Shown: positions 1 through 14,400 of the stretch, one piece after another
Numbering within the stretch: the stretch's first letter is position 1
Layout: every line of letters starts with the position of its first letter
NCBI GenBank assembly: GCA_016748015.1
Contig: JAAOMT010000503.1
Coordinates: 794,305-858,304, forward strand
DNA length: 64,000 bases
Direction: 5' to 3'
DNA from: Geosiphon pyriformis uo1
Taxonomy: Eukaryota > Fungi > Glomeromycota
Notes under the pieces: generated by a model
Database searches by the model: none
What the model was told of the DNA's origin: nothing
The model's input: only the letters and a program-made list of their open reading frames with translations
Made by a program: the position numbers and the translations under genes

Positions 1-404
1 AAATTTTTGAACTCACTTGGAATCCTTTCACTGCAACGTAATGATGGTCCATATGATTTAGATTCCTGGAAAACTGGTAAACGGATTGGGCCGGCCGAAT
101 TTGTAAAAAACTAAATGGGGAGTTTTTTTTGTTTTTTTTTAAACAAATCGGGTTTATTAAATGATTACTTTGCATACGTCAAGAGCTTGCGTCAGATATT
201 ACGCCATTTCAGGACGTGTATATCGTGTGAAACAATCAAAAATTTGAAAAGCTATAAATTATCTCGGGGGTTTAATAAAAGTTTTGAAAATTATCATTAT
301 TATCATTATTATTATTATTAAATCCAATTTGACTTCCGTCTAAAACGAAAACGAAAACGAAAACGAAAACTCTTTACTCTCCTATTTAATAAAATAAAAA
401 CTTC

Positions 405-1107
405 ATGGCACCAATCAAGTTATATGTTTATGATTTATCACAGGGATTAGCCAGATCATTGTCGTTAGGTTTAACCGGGAGGCAAATTGGTATTCAACTA
501 GAATTTAACTACGTTTTATTTATCCCTTATCATTTCATTTATTCATTGGGATAAAATCCTTTTAAAATTCTTTAGAAGGTATATGGCACACAGGAGTTGT
601 GGCGTACGGTCTGGAGTGGTATTATGGACAAGGGATATTATTTGATTTACCTGTAAGTTTGCACTATTTTTATTTGTTAATTCAAGTTATATATATGTAT
701 ATATATATATATTTTTTTTTTTAGGGGGAAACTCAATTAGGTCCACCTTCACAAATTATTGACATGGGCGATACTCAAATTCCCCAAGAGATCTTTGAAG
801 AATATCTTGATGAACTACGTCAAGTCTTTACGATGGACAAGTACCATTTGCTTGATAACAATTGTAATAACTTTTCAAATGCCGTTTGTGAATTTTTGAC
901 GGGTAAACAAATTCCTGAATTCATTACAGGTAATATATGTGAATCAAGATTTTCCCATTTTTTATCCATTTTGTAAATGAATTTAGAGTATTTCATTCTC
1001 AATATTCTCCTTTTGAAGGCTTACCCGCGGATTTCTTGATGACACCATTGGGCCAGCAACTTCGTCCCGTTATAGAATCAATGTTTGGACCAAGTCAGCA
1101 TCCTTGA
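405..1107 (+). CDS. DESI1: PPPDE/DeSI-family desumoylating isopeptidase, 151 aa; exons 405-489, 576-652, 725-929, 1019-1107
   Basis: Spliced translation gives KLYVYDLSQG, EGIWHTGVV (catalytic His) and YHLLDNNCNNFS (catalytic Cys); three GT-AG introns keep frame to TGA at 1105-1107. Confidence 0.92.
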
Positions 1108-2227
1108 CCTTTGAGATGTTTTGAGATATTTTATTAATTTAAAATTTAAAATAAGTTTTTACCAATACCTCTTTTTACCTTTAATGAGAAAAGTCTATGT
1201 TTATTTTTTTATATATTTTTCGCTTTCATAGAATTTATTTTTTTAATTTAAACAAGCTTATAGCCACGGCTTTAAACCCGTAAAGAAATGTAAAACGATT
1301 CATAATTTTGTAATTATTTGTGGAGTTTTAATTTTAAAACATTAGTTCAAAAATTATTTTTGATTTTTGAAAATATAAAAACTTGAAACATGGAAATGTT
1401 TGAGTTATAGCATGATTCAAGGCTTATAAAGTTTTATGTTAGAAAACTAATTATTAAGCAAAATATTATTGAATTTTATAATTTTACACAATTTATCATT
1501 TACATGAAAAAAAATCATGCCTAAAAGCACAGTTTTTTTATGACTTTAGAATTTTTAAAATTTTTTGGATTATTTAAATCTATTAAAACCAATCAATCAA
1601 CTTTTTGTATTAATTCATTATTAAATAAATCATGAAAATATCCTATGCACGTTACCCTTTACTACAATTGTGTTTTATTTTAATACCACATAAATAATCC
1701 AATAATACAAATATGAAGTTGTAATCTTTCACATAATGTAATGCGTTTATGCGAATAATTAAATAGAATTAATTTGAGAAATTTCGAGTTCAAAATGAAA
1801 TTTCAATTCATAAAACTTACTTTATGTAAAATTATCACCAATTTTTGTCACACGAAACTGCCTGATTTTATTGGATGGCCCCCAATTGATAGTGCTGCGT
1901 CATTATTTTATTGGGATCGAGTAATCTTGTTCGTTTATAAATCATTGTAATTTGAGTAGCCTATCCCAGGCTAAATAGTAGTAATTAGCACCAAGCCATC
2001 CTTGTGCTGGTTTTAATCACAATAATTGAGATTTGAAGCTAAATAATAGCTGTGTTATATAATTAAAGTAGCAACAAGTGGTGGTTGGGAACGGGCTAGT
2101 CATAGAAAAAGTTCTTTGCAATAAATTAGCAAGGAAAAAGTAAGAGGGGATAAATTGTGAAAAGAAAGTACAATCCCTGATGTTGGGGAAGATTCTTGGC
2201 CTCCTTTTTTAAGCAGCTTGATTTTCG

Positions 2228-4613
2228 TTATTTTGATCGTAATAAAGCCCACATCAATATTGAACCGACAGCAAATCCGATACCAAAAGAACTTCCTGAA
2301 ATCATTAGGAGCTCGAAAGTTGGGTGGTGATTTATGGAACTTGTAGTATCATCGATAAGACCAGGCTCCTGCACCAGAGGAATGTGGATGACTTCTTCAT
2401 CGACTGAAAATTTGGTGGTGTCAGTAACCAGCCGAATTAAATTAGATTGACTTTTGCGAGCGCTTAAAATTGCTGTATAAAGATCCTCATCACAGGTAAG
2501 CACAATCTTATCATTCTCATCATCAATATAACTAACTGTTAATTCAGCAATCGATCTTAAGCCCATCTTTACTTGAAGAATTTCCAATAATTCATCCAAT
2601 CCTTTGCAAGAAGCATTAAAACGATGGGTTTGCATTGAATTGGGGTCGGTGAATTTGAAGTTAATTAAATCGTCATCTAATTTGGAAGTTGGAGTAGAGG
2701 CAGAGAAGGACCTGGTGAGAACTGGAGCGTCAGTGATTGAAGATGGACTAGTGGCACCTGTTGATGGATTTTTTACGCTTGGATCACAGATTGAACCATT
2801 GACTGTTGGAAGTTCGGATTGGGAATCTGATGCTCCTTCTTCCATGGCCATCGCATTCCAAAACTTGTTCCATACAGGCCCATCACCTTCTTGAGGTTGG
2901 ATGGATTTTAACTGGGATATAAAGGTAAGATCTTTTTTTAAGATATTTGGAGATGGCAATTGGCTTGTGGATATTAAAGAAAGGCATTTCTCATGTCTAC
3001 CAACCGTGTTCAGAGTAGTATAGGTAAGTTCCAAAATATCCACTACACCAACCACACCATGATTTTCGTCAAATAATGGGAGATGTTGATAATGTCCTCC
3101 TAATAATTTGAATATATTTATAAACAAAAAAATTAAAATTGTCTCGGGGGACAAATAGTCATTTATTCAATGAAAAATAATAATAATAATAATAATAATA
3201 ATAATTTACCGTGCATTTTACGAAGTGCATCCAAAATGGTGGTATCAGGGGAACACATGTCAGGAGAAGGTGTCATCACACGAACTGTCGAAGTAATTGT
3301 TGGGTCTAAGCCCATGGCCATCACTCTGGTTTAAAATTGAAAATTAACAAAAAAATGATTGGTTATAGATAAAGAAATCAGATTTTTGATATTGGGTTTA
3401 CCTCACAACAATATCTTTGGAGGTGAATATTCCTACGGTTTTTCCCTCGTCCAAAACCAAAGTTGCAGTTTGATGACGTTCTTTCATTAGACGAGCTGCA
3501 TCTCTCACATTGGTACGAACGGAAACTTCAGATAAAGGTTTTGAAGTGTTCAGTATCGAAGATAATTTCGGGAATCCAAGTTGCTCTCGAAGTGCTTTTA
3601 TATAGACGGCAACATCTTTATTATGAGCAGTGTCAAAATCCGACATTGTATCAAGTGCATCTGATAACTGTTTAGTAGATTTATGAGCTCTTTCAAGTTT
3701 AGATAGGGCATCCAAAAGGCATTCCGTTATATCAAGCATGCCTATAATATCTTCGGACGCGTTATCAGTAACAGGCTTAGAAAATTGGAGAAAAAAAATT
3801 GTAAAGTTTTCAATAAATTTTAGAGTTGGTAAAGAATCTCACAAGTTACTTTTAAGATGAAATACTCACTAAATGGCGAAATCCTCCACCAACCATTTTA
3901 TTTAGAGCATCAGTTGCATTATGAGTTGTTGTTACTGTGGATGGATCGCGAGTCATTATTTCTCCTAGGCATGTAGAGCGAGGATCTCGACTTTCGGCAA
4001 GTACGCGAAAAACCAAATCCTTATCTGTAACGATTCCAGTTAATTGATCATACTCATCAGTGACTAGCACCGCATCGGCCCTATGTTATTGTAAAGATGA
4101 GATAAACAGTTGAAAAAATGAAATAATTGTTAAAAAAAAAAAAAAATTTTTATTAGTATTAAAAAATTCGATAAGTTCTGTTATAGAATATAGAATAACC
4201 TTTTAACCGCCATATGTCTTGCGGCTTCGGAGGCTGTTGCAGTTTCTATTAAAAAAATAAAATAAAATAAAATAAAAAGATTTATAAATTAAAATGAATT
4301 TCAAGGTTTTAAATAATTATTTTTTTTAAGAATTAACAATTATTTTACAAATACCTAACAACGTTATCGCAGGTAAAGGCCGGAGATTACCCACAGTACC
4401 ACCGGCATTTCTTGATATTGGTTTATCGATCTTTTGCCCAGTTTGTTTAACAAATTCCTGTGCGAGTTTTTTTCTTATTGTTTCATCTTTTTTAGCTTGT
4501 CTTTTTCTTGCTTCTTTACTAGAACCATCGCCTATAGGTGTTTGATAATGTTGTGAATGACTATCATTGCTTAAGCTTCTCGAACGTGGAATTCCAGAAG
4601 GGGTTCTCAACAT
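2228..4613 (-). CDS. CBS-pair x2 + PB1 domain protein with C-terminal hydrophobic helix (Mug70/plant CBSCBSPB-like), 7 exons
   Basis: CBS motifs (LTGIVTDKDL, GFRHLPV, GIFTSKDIV, HYQHLPL), PB1 acidic motif YIDDENDKIVLTCDEDL, terminal GIGFAVGSILMWALL; short GT-AG introns join the ORF-track fragments. Confidence 0.88.
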
Positions 4614-4820
4614 TTTTTAAGTTTCTTATATATTGATGAGTGGAGTACTGCCGGTGGTGGTGCGGAGATAGGAAAGTTAATGGGGTTGTGGTAAAGGGTA
4701 AAAACTGACGAAAAATTGGGAAAAGAGTGTTTTGTTAGTTGGGAAAAGTTTTCAATTGTGAATTGGTAAGGGTGGGATGATGTGAGATATAGTACAACAA
4801 AACTAGGTAAAGTGAACATT

Positions 4821-4828
4821 TGACGTCA
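4821..4828. promoter_or_regulatory. Perfect CRE/ATF palindrome TGACGTCA about 210 bp upstream of the CBS-PB1 start
   Basis: Exact motif in the divergent intergenic region; function not demonstrated. Confidence 0.35.
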
Positions 4829-5010
4829 CCAAGTAACCATTTTTTTCATTGGTTGATCAAAAAATTGTGTTGGGATTTCTTATGCAGCCCATCTTTTTCT
4901 GGATGACAAGCACGAGGAACTTTCTATAGCGTTGCTGTCACATACTAAACTGTAAACAAAAAGTTCCTGATTATGTAATCTTTGAAATTTTGTGGCAGAG
5001 TGGGGCGGAG

Positions 5011-5068
5011 GAGTTAAAGTTAAAGTCAAAGTCAAAGCCAAAGTCAAAGCCAAAGCCAAAGTTAAAGA
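5011..5068. repeat. Hexamer tandem repeat (AAAGYY)n
   Basis: aaagtt/aaagtc/aaagcc units repeated about 9 times. Confidence 0.8.
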
Positions 5069-5977
5069 TGTACCGGTTCTCTAGGGATATTTTGTAAAAA
5101 TAACATAATTTTCTAGAAAATTGGACAGGGTTTAGTTTCACTCGTTTCATTTATTGAAATTAACAATAAAAATTATTAATTGATTAGATATTTTGTTTAA
5201 TTTTTTGTTACATCAAAAATGCAAGGTTGATCCACCTTTACAAGAACAGAGAATCTTAACTCGAAAAGATGGTTTTTAATTGATGATTAAGTCATTAGAA
5301 GTTATGCCTGGTTTTTGGGCTTTTTTAGTCCAATGGGGTTAAAAAAAATAATAATAATAATAAAAAATGAAGGAATTAAGCTGATCGGATGATATCTTCC
5401 CACGTTTTAAATTCACATGGATAGGGTAGGTTAGTGTATAATATAATGTAATATATGTTATAGGATTTTTATTCAACTAATTAAAGAGGAGCTAATATTG
5501 TTTTGATAATGAAAAATAATTTTAGGAGAAGTATATATATATATATATGAGGACATATAAAAAAATTTTTTTATTTAAGCAAAATAATAAAAAGCAATTG
5601 GAAAATTTTAATTTTAAAATATATTATTAAAAATTAAGTTTCTTATTATAGTAAACAGGCAAAACCTTTTCTTTTTTTTCTTTTTTTGTTGTTTTTCAAT
5701 AAGGAAATTTTTGTGGCTTTTTTTGGTAAGGGCAAACTTTTCTTTTTTATTATTGGTTAATTGATCTCACTATATTTAGTAACAATGAATAGAATAAAAA
5801 TGCGGCAAATAAAAATGTCCATTATAAAAACTTGAATAAACCAAAAAAAAAAAGGTGCTTGTGAAAATTTTAATAATCTGTCAATATAAACGGAAAAAAT
5901 TAAAAATATGCATGTTATAAAAAGGTTTTTATCGCATGTTCCATTCCATGTGTGTGATTCAATCAAATGGTGAATGG

Positions 5978-6083
5978 GTGAGTGAGTTAGTTAATTAGTG
6001 AGTTAGTTAGTTAGTGAGTGAGTGTGAGTATGAGTGTGTGTGTGTTTATGTTATTCAAATTTGTGTTATTCAAATTTGTGTTA
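5978..6083. repeat. Compound microsatellite (GTGA/GTTA/GT)n followed by a 15-bp tandem duplication
   Basis: Directly visible; TGTTATTCAAATTTG occurs twice in tandem. Confidence 0.75.
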
Positions 6084-6262
6084 TATAATAAGCGTTTATA
6101 TATAATAAAAAAAGCATTTCTTCAAAAGAATACATAATTATCATAACTATTACGAACGTTATTATTTTTTTTAAAACTTCTTCAAAGATTTCTTTTTCAT
6201 ACTTCTCCATCATCATTCTTTAAATAAAAAAAATAAAAAATATTCTATTACATTTTTACATA

Positions 6263-6377
6263 ATGTCCTTCAAAGTACTTTTTTTTATTCTCGTAATTTT
6301 GGCAATAAACGTCACTGGTATGTATTTTTTTTAAAGTTTTTCGTTTGTTATTTATTATTTATTATTTGTTATTTGTT

Positions 6378-6444
<67 letters not shown>

Positions 6445-7143
6445 GCTAAAATTTCTATATTCTTTGAACTCTTTCCCCTTCCCCCCCCTTCTCCCCTCTT
6501 TTTTTTTAAGCTGATATTTCCATTCTGTCACCTTCACCTGAAAATTATGCGATTATTAACTCCACCTACAAAATTACTTGGGAATATTCTGGAAATGGTA
6601 AAATAAAAATAAAATAAAAATAAAAAATAAAAAAATCAAATTATTTTGATATACTTACCCCTTTTTATCTTTTTTTTCATAGTTCCTGATCAAATTTCTA
6701 TAAAACTTGTTGATAATAGAGCTACAAATAAATCTTTTGCTGGTAATTTGGGTATTGGAAATTCCCAAATATCTGTCAAAGAATTTGTTTGGAATGTGAG
6801 TAATGATAGGGTTGTAGGTGATGATTACATAATTGTTTTTAGAGGTATTAATGATACAAGTTCAAATGAAACACCATTAGCTATGAGCAAGAATTTTAGT
6901 ATTAAACCTGTTGGTACATCTCCTCCAACTCTATCAAATTCTAAAAACAATTCTACTAATTCTAACTCTAATGGTAAAAATATTACTTCGTCCACTAATA
7001 CTTCTTCTTCTTCTTCTTCTTCTTCAATTGAAAACAGAAATTCTTCAATTCCAAAGCCTTCTAATACCACTTCGAATTTCACTCATTCTGTTACTTTACT
7101 TATTTTGTGTTTTATGGGATTTTTTTTCATTACTGTCCTTTAA
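6263..7143 (+). CDS. Secreted Ser/Thr-rich, probably GPI-anchored cell-surface protein (Kre9/Knh1-like N-terminal domain); exons 6263-6317, 6511-6597, 6683-7143
   Basis: Signal peptide MSFKVLFFILVILAINVTA, beta-rich domain (ISILSP..YKITW..FVWNV..SKNFSI), S/T/N-rich stalk, hydrophobic C-terminus; intron 1 contains an (ATT)n tract. Confidence 0.8.
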
Positions 7144-7174
7144 ATGCTATCATTTTTTTGATTTCTTTTTTTCC

Positions 7175-7263
7175 TAATAATAATAATAATTTCGTATGTT
7201 AATCTAGTATTATTATAATATAATAATAATAATAATTTCGTATGTTAATCTAGTATTATTATA

Positions 7264-7266
<3 letters not shown>
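7175..7266. repeat. Exact 46-bp tandem duplication within (TAA)n in the 3' UTR/intergenic region
   Basis: taataataataataatttcgtatgttaatctagtattattataata occurs twice (7175-7220, 7221-7266). Confidence 0.85.
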
Positions 7267-7304
<38 letters not shown>

Positions 7305-7441
7305 TAGGTCTAATACAAAGTATTGCTCTAATCTTAATCAGATTTTCCCATTTTCTAGCTTTTCTGAAATACTCTCTAAAAGAGAAGAAATAAATCGAAA
7401 ATTTCTTGAAAACGAATTGAATTATTGAGGATATTTATATC

Positions 7442-7698
7442 ATGATACCATTCTCTGAACTTAAACAACGCCTTTTCTTACGACACTATGTTATCAACTT
7501 TTTCTTTTGTTTGCCAGTTTTCGTGATCCGATATATACCTGCCTTGAGTTCGCGTCTATTAAATCTGTCATTGGAGGTAATTTTTTCTCATCTTCTCATG
7601 AGTCTACTCGATAAGTTCTTTGATATTTTAGTTATTTAATCGTGAACCTTTGTTAAACGAAATATCTTTCATTGCCTTCCCTTGTTTCACTTACTCTT

Positions 7699-7745
<47 letters not shown>

Positions 7746-8672
7746 GTCAAGCCACCAGAGTTCAAATTATACTTTATTGTTTTTGTATTGTTATTATTGA
7801 AATATCGTTCTTCAACTAGTGCTGAAGAATTCCTATCAATATTTTATCTCTATGGAAAAATCTTAAATGCTACCTTATTTTACATGTATGGTAAAACAGC
7901 TTACACCATCATCTATTGTGTGATCTGGGGTGGTATGTATATATATATATATTTATTGAAATGACATTATTACTTTTTCAAATTTTTATTTTTTCATTTT
8001 GATTCCTAATAATTTCCCCTATCTTCATCCCCCCCCCCACTCCCCACCCCCATCGTTTCAGGTTTATTTGCAGTTTTACCACAACCCAATTACCATGGTC
8101 CAACTAAGATCATTGAACTTTCTGGTGATGATCTTTATGAGATGGAACGAAATGAATTCAAAAATCCAAAGATAATAGAGTTATCCTCCAAAGAGATTTC
8201 AGATCAAAATAAAGAAAAGACTACAGATAAAATTAATGAAACCTCAATAGATCAATATTGGGTGATTTTCTTTTATGCAACTTGGAGTCCCGCATGCTTA
8301 AACTTTGAGAGTACTCTGGCAAAAACTTCTCTAAAGTATGTGATGTCAAACTTTTTCAAGATTTTAGTTTTCATGACATGTTTTGATGATTCGTTAATTA
8401 AATTCCCTCCTAGATATACCACGAATGATATTCATTTTGGTAAAATTAATATTGAGCAATATTCAAAATTGGCAGATGAATTTGAAATTTCTGTTTCCCC
8501 AACAAGCCTGGATCTTCCCACTCTAATTCTCTTTAAAAATGGAAAAGAGATAAAACGACTTCCACAGAAGTCTGGTGACTCCCAGGATAATGAAGAATTT
8601 GAAAAAATAAAAAGTCAGACACTTAGAACTGCAAAAGCTACATGGGATCGGCTTGGATGGGATCGTAGCATG
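7442..8672 (+). CDS. TMX2: Thioredoxin-related transmembrane protein 2-like; 3' end probably lost in the assembly gap
   Basis: Hydrophobic N-terminal exons, LPQPNYHGPTKI linker, WVIFFYATWSPAC (SxxC), FGKINI..DLPTLILFKNGKEIKRLP; last visible donor GTAAGC at 8673 precedes the N gap. Confidence 0.8.
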
Positions 8673-8731
8673 GTAAGCTTGTTATTCTAGGAATTCTTGC
8701 ACCCCCCCCCCCCCCCACCCCCCCCCCCCCC

Positions 8732-9039
8732 NNNNNNNNNNNNNNNNNNNNNNNNNNNNNNNNNNNNNNNNNNNNNNNNNNNNNNNNNNNNNNNNNNNNN
8801 NNNNNNNNNNNNNNNNNNNNNNNNNNNNNNNNNNNNNNNNNNNNNNNNNNNNNNNNNNNNNNNNNNNNNNNNNNNNNNNNNNNNNNNNNNNNNNNNNNNN
8901 NNNNNNNNNNNNNNNNNNNNNNNNNNNNNNNNNNNNNNNNNNNNNNNNNNNNNNNNNNNNNNNNNNNNNNNNNNNNNNNNNNNNNNNNNNNNNNNNNNNN
9001 NNNNNNNNNNNNNNNNNNNNNNNNNNNNNNNNNNNNNNN
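8732..9039. other. Assembly gap (N run) flanked by poly-C and (ATT)n
   Basis: Run of n characters. Confidence 0.99.
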
Positions 9040-9076
<37 letters not shown>

Positions 9077-9133
9077 TAAAGTTGAAACCTTTTTGAATAT
9101 AGACGGTTTTATTTGAACAATTTATTACATAAA

Positions 9134-11053
9134 ATGTCGTTTGAACTAGAGGAGCGCGACATTCAAATAAAGAACAAGTATATGAGGACCAAAAAGATTG
9201 GTGAGGGCACTTATGCTGATGTGTTTGAAGGTATGCAATTTCTCTCCTTTTTTTTCTCTTACACCCGTTACTTTTTTAAAAGAATCAAAAGTTCATACCG
9301 AAATACTAGCCTAATTTCTTTTATAACTTAACCACCTTCTTCATTACCTTTGAAATGAAGGCGTTGAGGTTGAAACTGGAAAAAAGGTAGCCATTAAAAA
9401 AATAAAAGTAGGAAAGTCCCAAGCGGGTGGTGCAAATGGAATCGAATTATCTGCCGTGAGAGAAATTAAAAGTTTACGCGAATTAACTCATCCGAACGTT
9501 ATCAAGGTATTCCGTCTCTGCTTGAAACGTCCATTTTCTCGATTCGCACGCGAAAAAAGAAAATTTCTTTTGCGATAATTCCTTTCTCCCTTCATTCTTT
9601 CCCAAGCTTTTAGACTGTTACTCGCACAAAAGCAACTTGAATCTTGTGCTTGAATATCTTGATTCAGATCTCGAAATGATTATAAAAGAAAAATCCGTCA
9701 TATTCGAACCTGGTCACGTCAAAAGTTGGATGTTGATGACATTACGTGGGTTGGATCACATTCATCGTAATTGGATCATTCATCGTGTACATATTCTTGG
9801 ACTTTTTCCCATTCTTTCATGTTAATTGTCTTTTCAATAAATTTTTTTAACAAAAGGAGTTCCTTAAATCAAACAGGATATGAAGCCCAACAACTTGTTA
9901 GTCAGTCCCGATGGACAATTGAAAATAGCAGATTTTGGGCTCGCGCGTGACTTTGGTGATGGACCGGAAAAAAATATGTCCAGCCAAGTTGTCACATTGT
10001 TAGTTACGTCCAATATTCGAGCCAAAAACTTGACCTTTTAATTACCTGCCTGCCTGCCAACTGAACCTTCTATTTCTCCTTGATAGATGGTACAGGGCAC
10101 CTGAACTCATCCTAGGGGCACAACAATATGGCGCCGCAGTTGACATATGGTCTGTAGGTTGTATATTTGCTGAGCTAATGTTACGCACCCCACTTTTTGC
10201 CGATGAATCGGAATTTGTAGTATTAGATAAAATGTTTCAAGCCCTGGGAACGCCCACAGAAGAGGATTGGCCGGTAATTCGATTTCTTAATCTAACCCAT
10301 TTAAAACATTACTTCCTCTTTTTGCTATAATGGTTGATCTCATTTATTTAGGAAATGTCATTACTACCTAAAACTTTTGAATTCCGAAAATACCAGAGGG
10401 ATCTTAGTTTATTCAGAGCTGCGGCAAATGGGGCTACTGGTCTTCTTTATAAGATGTTAGTTTTTGATCCAAATAAGAGAATTACAGCAGGAGAGGTAGG
10501 ACAATATAATTTTATTTTGGCCGATCGGGATATATATATCCATATTTTGATATGCTAGATGATTCGAATTTGGATTTTAGGCACTTCTTGATCGGTATTT
10601 CAAAACATCTCCATACCCAATATCTCCCTCAAAGTTGCCAAAGTATTCGCGCCCACAAAAACGTGATGATCGACAACTATCACCCCTCGTCTATTCCTCG
10701 TCATCTGAATCAGGATCGTCTCCGAATCCTGTTCAAAATGATCAAGCAGCCCCATCTTCTTTCGATCCTTCATCTTCATCATCGTCTCAACCATCCATCC
10801 AAATCAAAAAACGGAAAGCTGAGGACCTAGGAGGTAACAACCACCCTCATAAGAAGATCCATGAATCCTCCTAAATCTTTTCTGTTCCTTCGTTCGGGTT
10901 GCGTAATATCTAATGGTGGATTTTGTAGATAGCGATCCTAAAGAACAAGATGAACATAGCAAGGAAAGAGGTAAGGCCGCATCTAAATCTAAGAGGCACA
11001 AGCGTGTTGCAAGGCTTTTAGATTATTCAAGTCCGCCGAATACAACCGAGTAA
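9134..11053 (+). CDS. KIN28: TFIIH/CAK cyclin-dependent kinase CDK7 (Kin28/Mcs6); 8 exons, last exon 10929-11053
   Basis: [82 protein letters not shown]. Intron 10834-10928 (GTAAC..CTAAT..TAG) adds an exon ending [17 protein letters not shown]; if unspliced the frame stops at 10874. Confidence 0.9.
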
Positions 11054-11430
11054 CGAAAATTGAGAGGTATCATTTCTCTTTTTCTCTAAAGATAACCCCA
11101 TATCACGATATAGTCCATTTCCTCCGTAAATCCAACATGAACATTCCTTCATAACTCATTATAGCCTAAATACTAAGGTCATTTTTATAATAATACACGA
11201 ATAAGTTCTTAGAGAAGGGAAGAAAAATAGGAATTTTCTTGGTCTATTGTGTGACTTCATATCTTTGTATGCTGCTGCATTCTTGGCTTTACTCGAAAGT
11301 CTAGGTTTGGTTTAAGATGCACTTAAATAAAATTAGCATATATAATTTTTACTTTAAAAAGCCGAACAGCGAAAGATTAAAGAGTAAATCAAATTACCGA
11401 CCGTTTTAACCACCAATAAAATCTCATATA

Positions 11431-14400
11431 TTACATTATGCTTGAATCTATACCCTCACTTTTGCTATATTCACCAAGAGAATTTTGAGTACCCAGCGAC
11501 CCTGTCAAGGAGCTAGCATAGGGATTGATATTGAATTCGATTGCGTTCTCAAATCCCAGTTTTCCTTTGATATTCCAATTATTTAACAAACTGTAAACTG
11601 CCTGCTCGTGTTTTTCATTAGCTTCAACTTGTTTCGCATATCGCTGCTGACTCCCTTGTCGCCCGTAGATTTCTGAGAAAACAAATTATTTAATGTATTA
11701 GTGAATTATTTTTATGGGAAAATATCCATTTCTACCTTTTAATAATAATCCAGCGACAAGACACCCAAGATCACTTCGCGCATTTTTACTCGATAGATAC
11801 GCAGCTGTTAAAATCTTTTCCGCTTGTTCATTTTGCGTGTGAAAGAATAACGTTCCAAGGACCGCAAGTGTTATCATTTTTAATTGATTGTTACACAGGG
11901 TAGTCGAAAGTTTTAATGATTCAAGAAGATAATCCCTATGTTAGAGGAATCGTTAATAAAAAAAGAGAACATTCTTAAATCGAATATGTTTCTAGAAATA
12001 CGACTTGGATTCATTTCTAAAATGGCTTACTTTGTTCGATCGATATCATTGCAGGCTAATGCTTGTAGCAAATGAAATGCCGATTTTAATCCATCTACAT
12101 TGCTACTCTCAAGTATTATTTCTTGGCGTATCTCGTTAAGGATAGATTCAATCTATAAAAAAAGTTTAGGGTTTAGGGCATAGAGTAAAGGTAAATCGAA
12201 ATATATAAATCTCATGACAAACCTGTTCCTGTATTTGTTCTTGAGTGCTGGTAGAACTACCGAACGCGATCAAAGCACGGTTTGCTTTTGACATCACTCG
12301 AACTTCATTATCTGTTGCAATCTGTTAAAATAGAGGATTTTATGGACAAGGTTGAGATATGTTTAAGTAAAAAAGGGAATATATCGAATTTCACAAATCA
12401 CTTTTCCATTATTACCTTTTCTACCATTCTGAAATCTTTTTCAGCTTCTCGCACGTTACCAACGCATTGATTCAGCATTCCTAATTCGAGCAAGATAAAA
12501 ACTTGAAATTGAGGCCATAGAGAATGGGTTTTTACCCAATAAATCAATGTCGATAAAACCTTTTAAAAGGATATTGAGTTAAAATCTTTTTCGATCCAAT
12601 AAAAAAAGTAAAATCATTCATAGTATTTACCCTCTCAGCCTCTTCGTACTCGGATTTTAACATGTGTATATCAATCAAATGGTGCAGCATGTATGCTTTG
12701 AGTTGAACATAGTATTTTTTGGTTTTGATGATTTCTTGCAAGGTACTTTGATTATCTAGCAGGTTTTATACAATATTATTAGTATTAGCGGCCGAACGAA
12801 TTAATGAAATATGAATAGAGAGCATCTTTACCATCTTGTGATTCTATTTCTTCTATGAACGGCATTAAAACACAAAAAGATTATTGAATTGGCGTAAAAA
12901 ACTTTTCAAGTCAAAATGAAAATAAATGCTTTGAATTACTTTCGACGATCTTTAATCCTTCTGTGAGGAAGATAGTAGATCTGATATTTGCGGGATCACC
13001 TCGATTACAAATACCCGAGATCAAAAAGGTAAGACTATAAATGTCTGCTTTTGATAACCATCTAATTCTTACAGGCATCGTCTTTAACGCAGATCCAGGT
13101 TGATAAGAGGCAGAAGCCGATGAAGGCATGGGAGGAGAGATATGAATCTGAATAAAGACCACGATTGCTTAATAAAATTAAAAGAAAATATCATTGGACT
13201 GTAAAAATGGGTGCAAGTTTTACCGTTATATAACCCTTTTTCTCTTCCAGGTTCTCATCTTCAAACTTCTCATCAAGGAGCTTGTGGATATCAGATAATT
13301 TTTCCAAAGCAACTTTCGTGTTACCAGTATGCATATGATAAGCAATATAAATTAAAGAATAATGAAGCTGTAAATGCCGGTTGGCAATTGGAAAAATGTG
13401 ATATGTTTGAGGGGGTGGATTTGAAGTCGGTGGAAAATAAATGGTTGAGAGTTCAGCAAGTGTATGTTGAGCAATAAGGTAATTGTGGCTTGAAAAAGCA
13501 TATTGAGCCGCTACGATCAGCAAGCACGCCTAGTAAATGCTAGTAGGTTAAAATCTGTAGCCCATTAAAAACTATAGATGATTTGATCATACCTTCATCT
13601 CAGTGTCGCCTCTTTGATCTGCCATTGATTCTGCTTGCTTTAAAACCGTCAAACATGCATTAAAATCAGAATCTTTGTAGCATTGATCCGCATTTTCCAA
13701 AATATAATGATAAGTCCAGTCAGGCATATCGTTTCTATATTAAATAAATCAAAAATATTAATCAACTAGTTGTTTTTGCTGAAACGAGGTTGCACTAAGA
13801 CCTCATGAAACACAGTCATGCTAGATCGTCTCTCCACAAAGAAAAGCAACCCACTCCAATGCTTCAAGTGTACTAATTTTCAACAAATTTTTGGCAGCTT
13901 TGAAGTTGTTCATACTTTTGTAGATTTCGCATTGCAAATTAATCATCTGAAACCTTAATTCGGTCATGCCTTCCAGCTACGACAAATCAAAAGATTGATA
14001 TTTAATCAGTAATTTCAAGGGCACTGCCATTCAACGAAATAAACCAAATTATATTAGAGACGCTCGGCATTGTCCAAATCAACTGATCCCATACCTTTTC
14101 TGCAATTAATATCTGAAAAAAAACTTAGATGTTAGTTTGTCAGAAATAGTCTTAGATTTAACTCAAGTCCTTATAAAATTCCTCATAATAATCGTCTTAC
14201 CGCCTTTTGCAAATGAGTTTCTGCTTCAGCCACATTTTCAGTAAACCAGAATAAAATTTGGCTTAGACGAAACCTCGTTTTTAATTCGACAAGAGGTATG
14301 ACTTGATTTCTATGTGAATTATTAGATAAGACACCATCTAAGCATTTTATTGCGGCGAGTATATGCTTTTGATGTTGAGGGGTTAGCTTTGAAAATTCGG

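Noticed and set aside
6373-6606. Poly-Ile ORF (also the poly-Pro/X/Tyr ORF at 8697-9116)
   Set aside because: Translations of an intronic (ATT)n microsatellite, and of poly-C plus the N gap.
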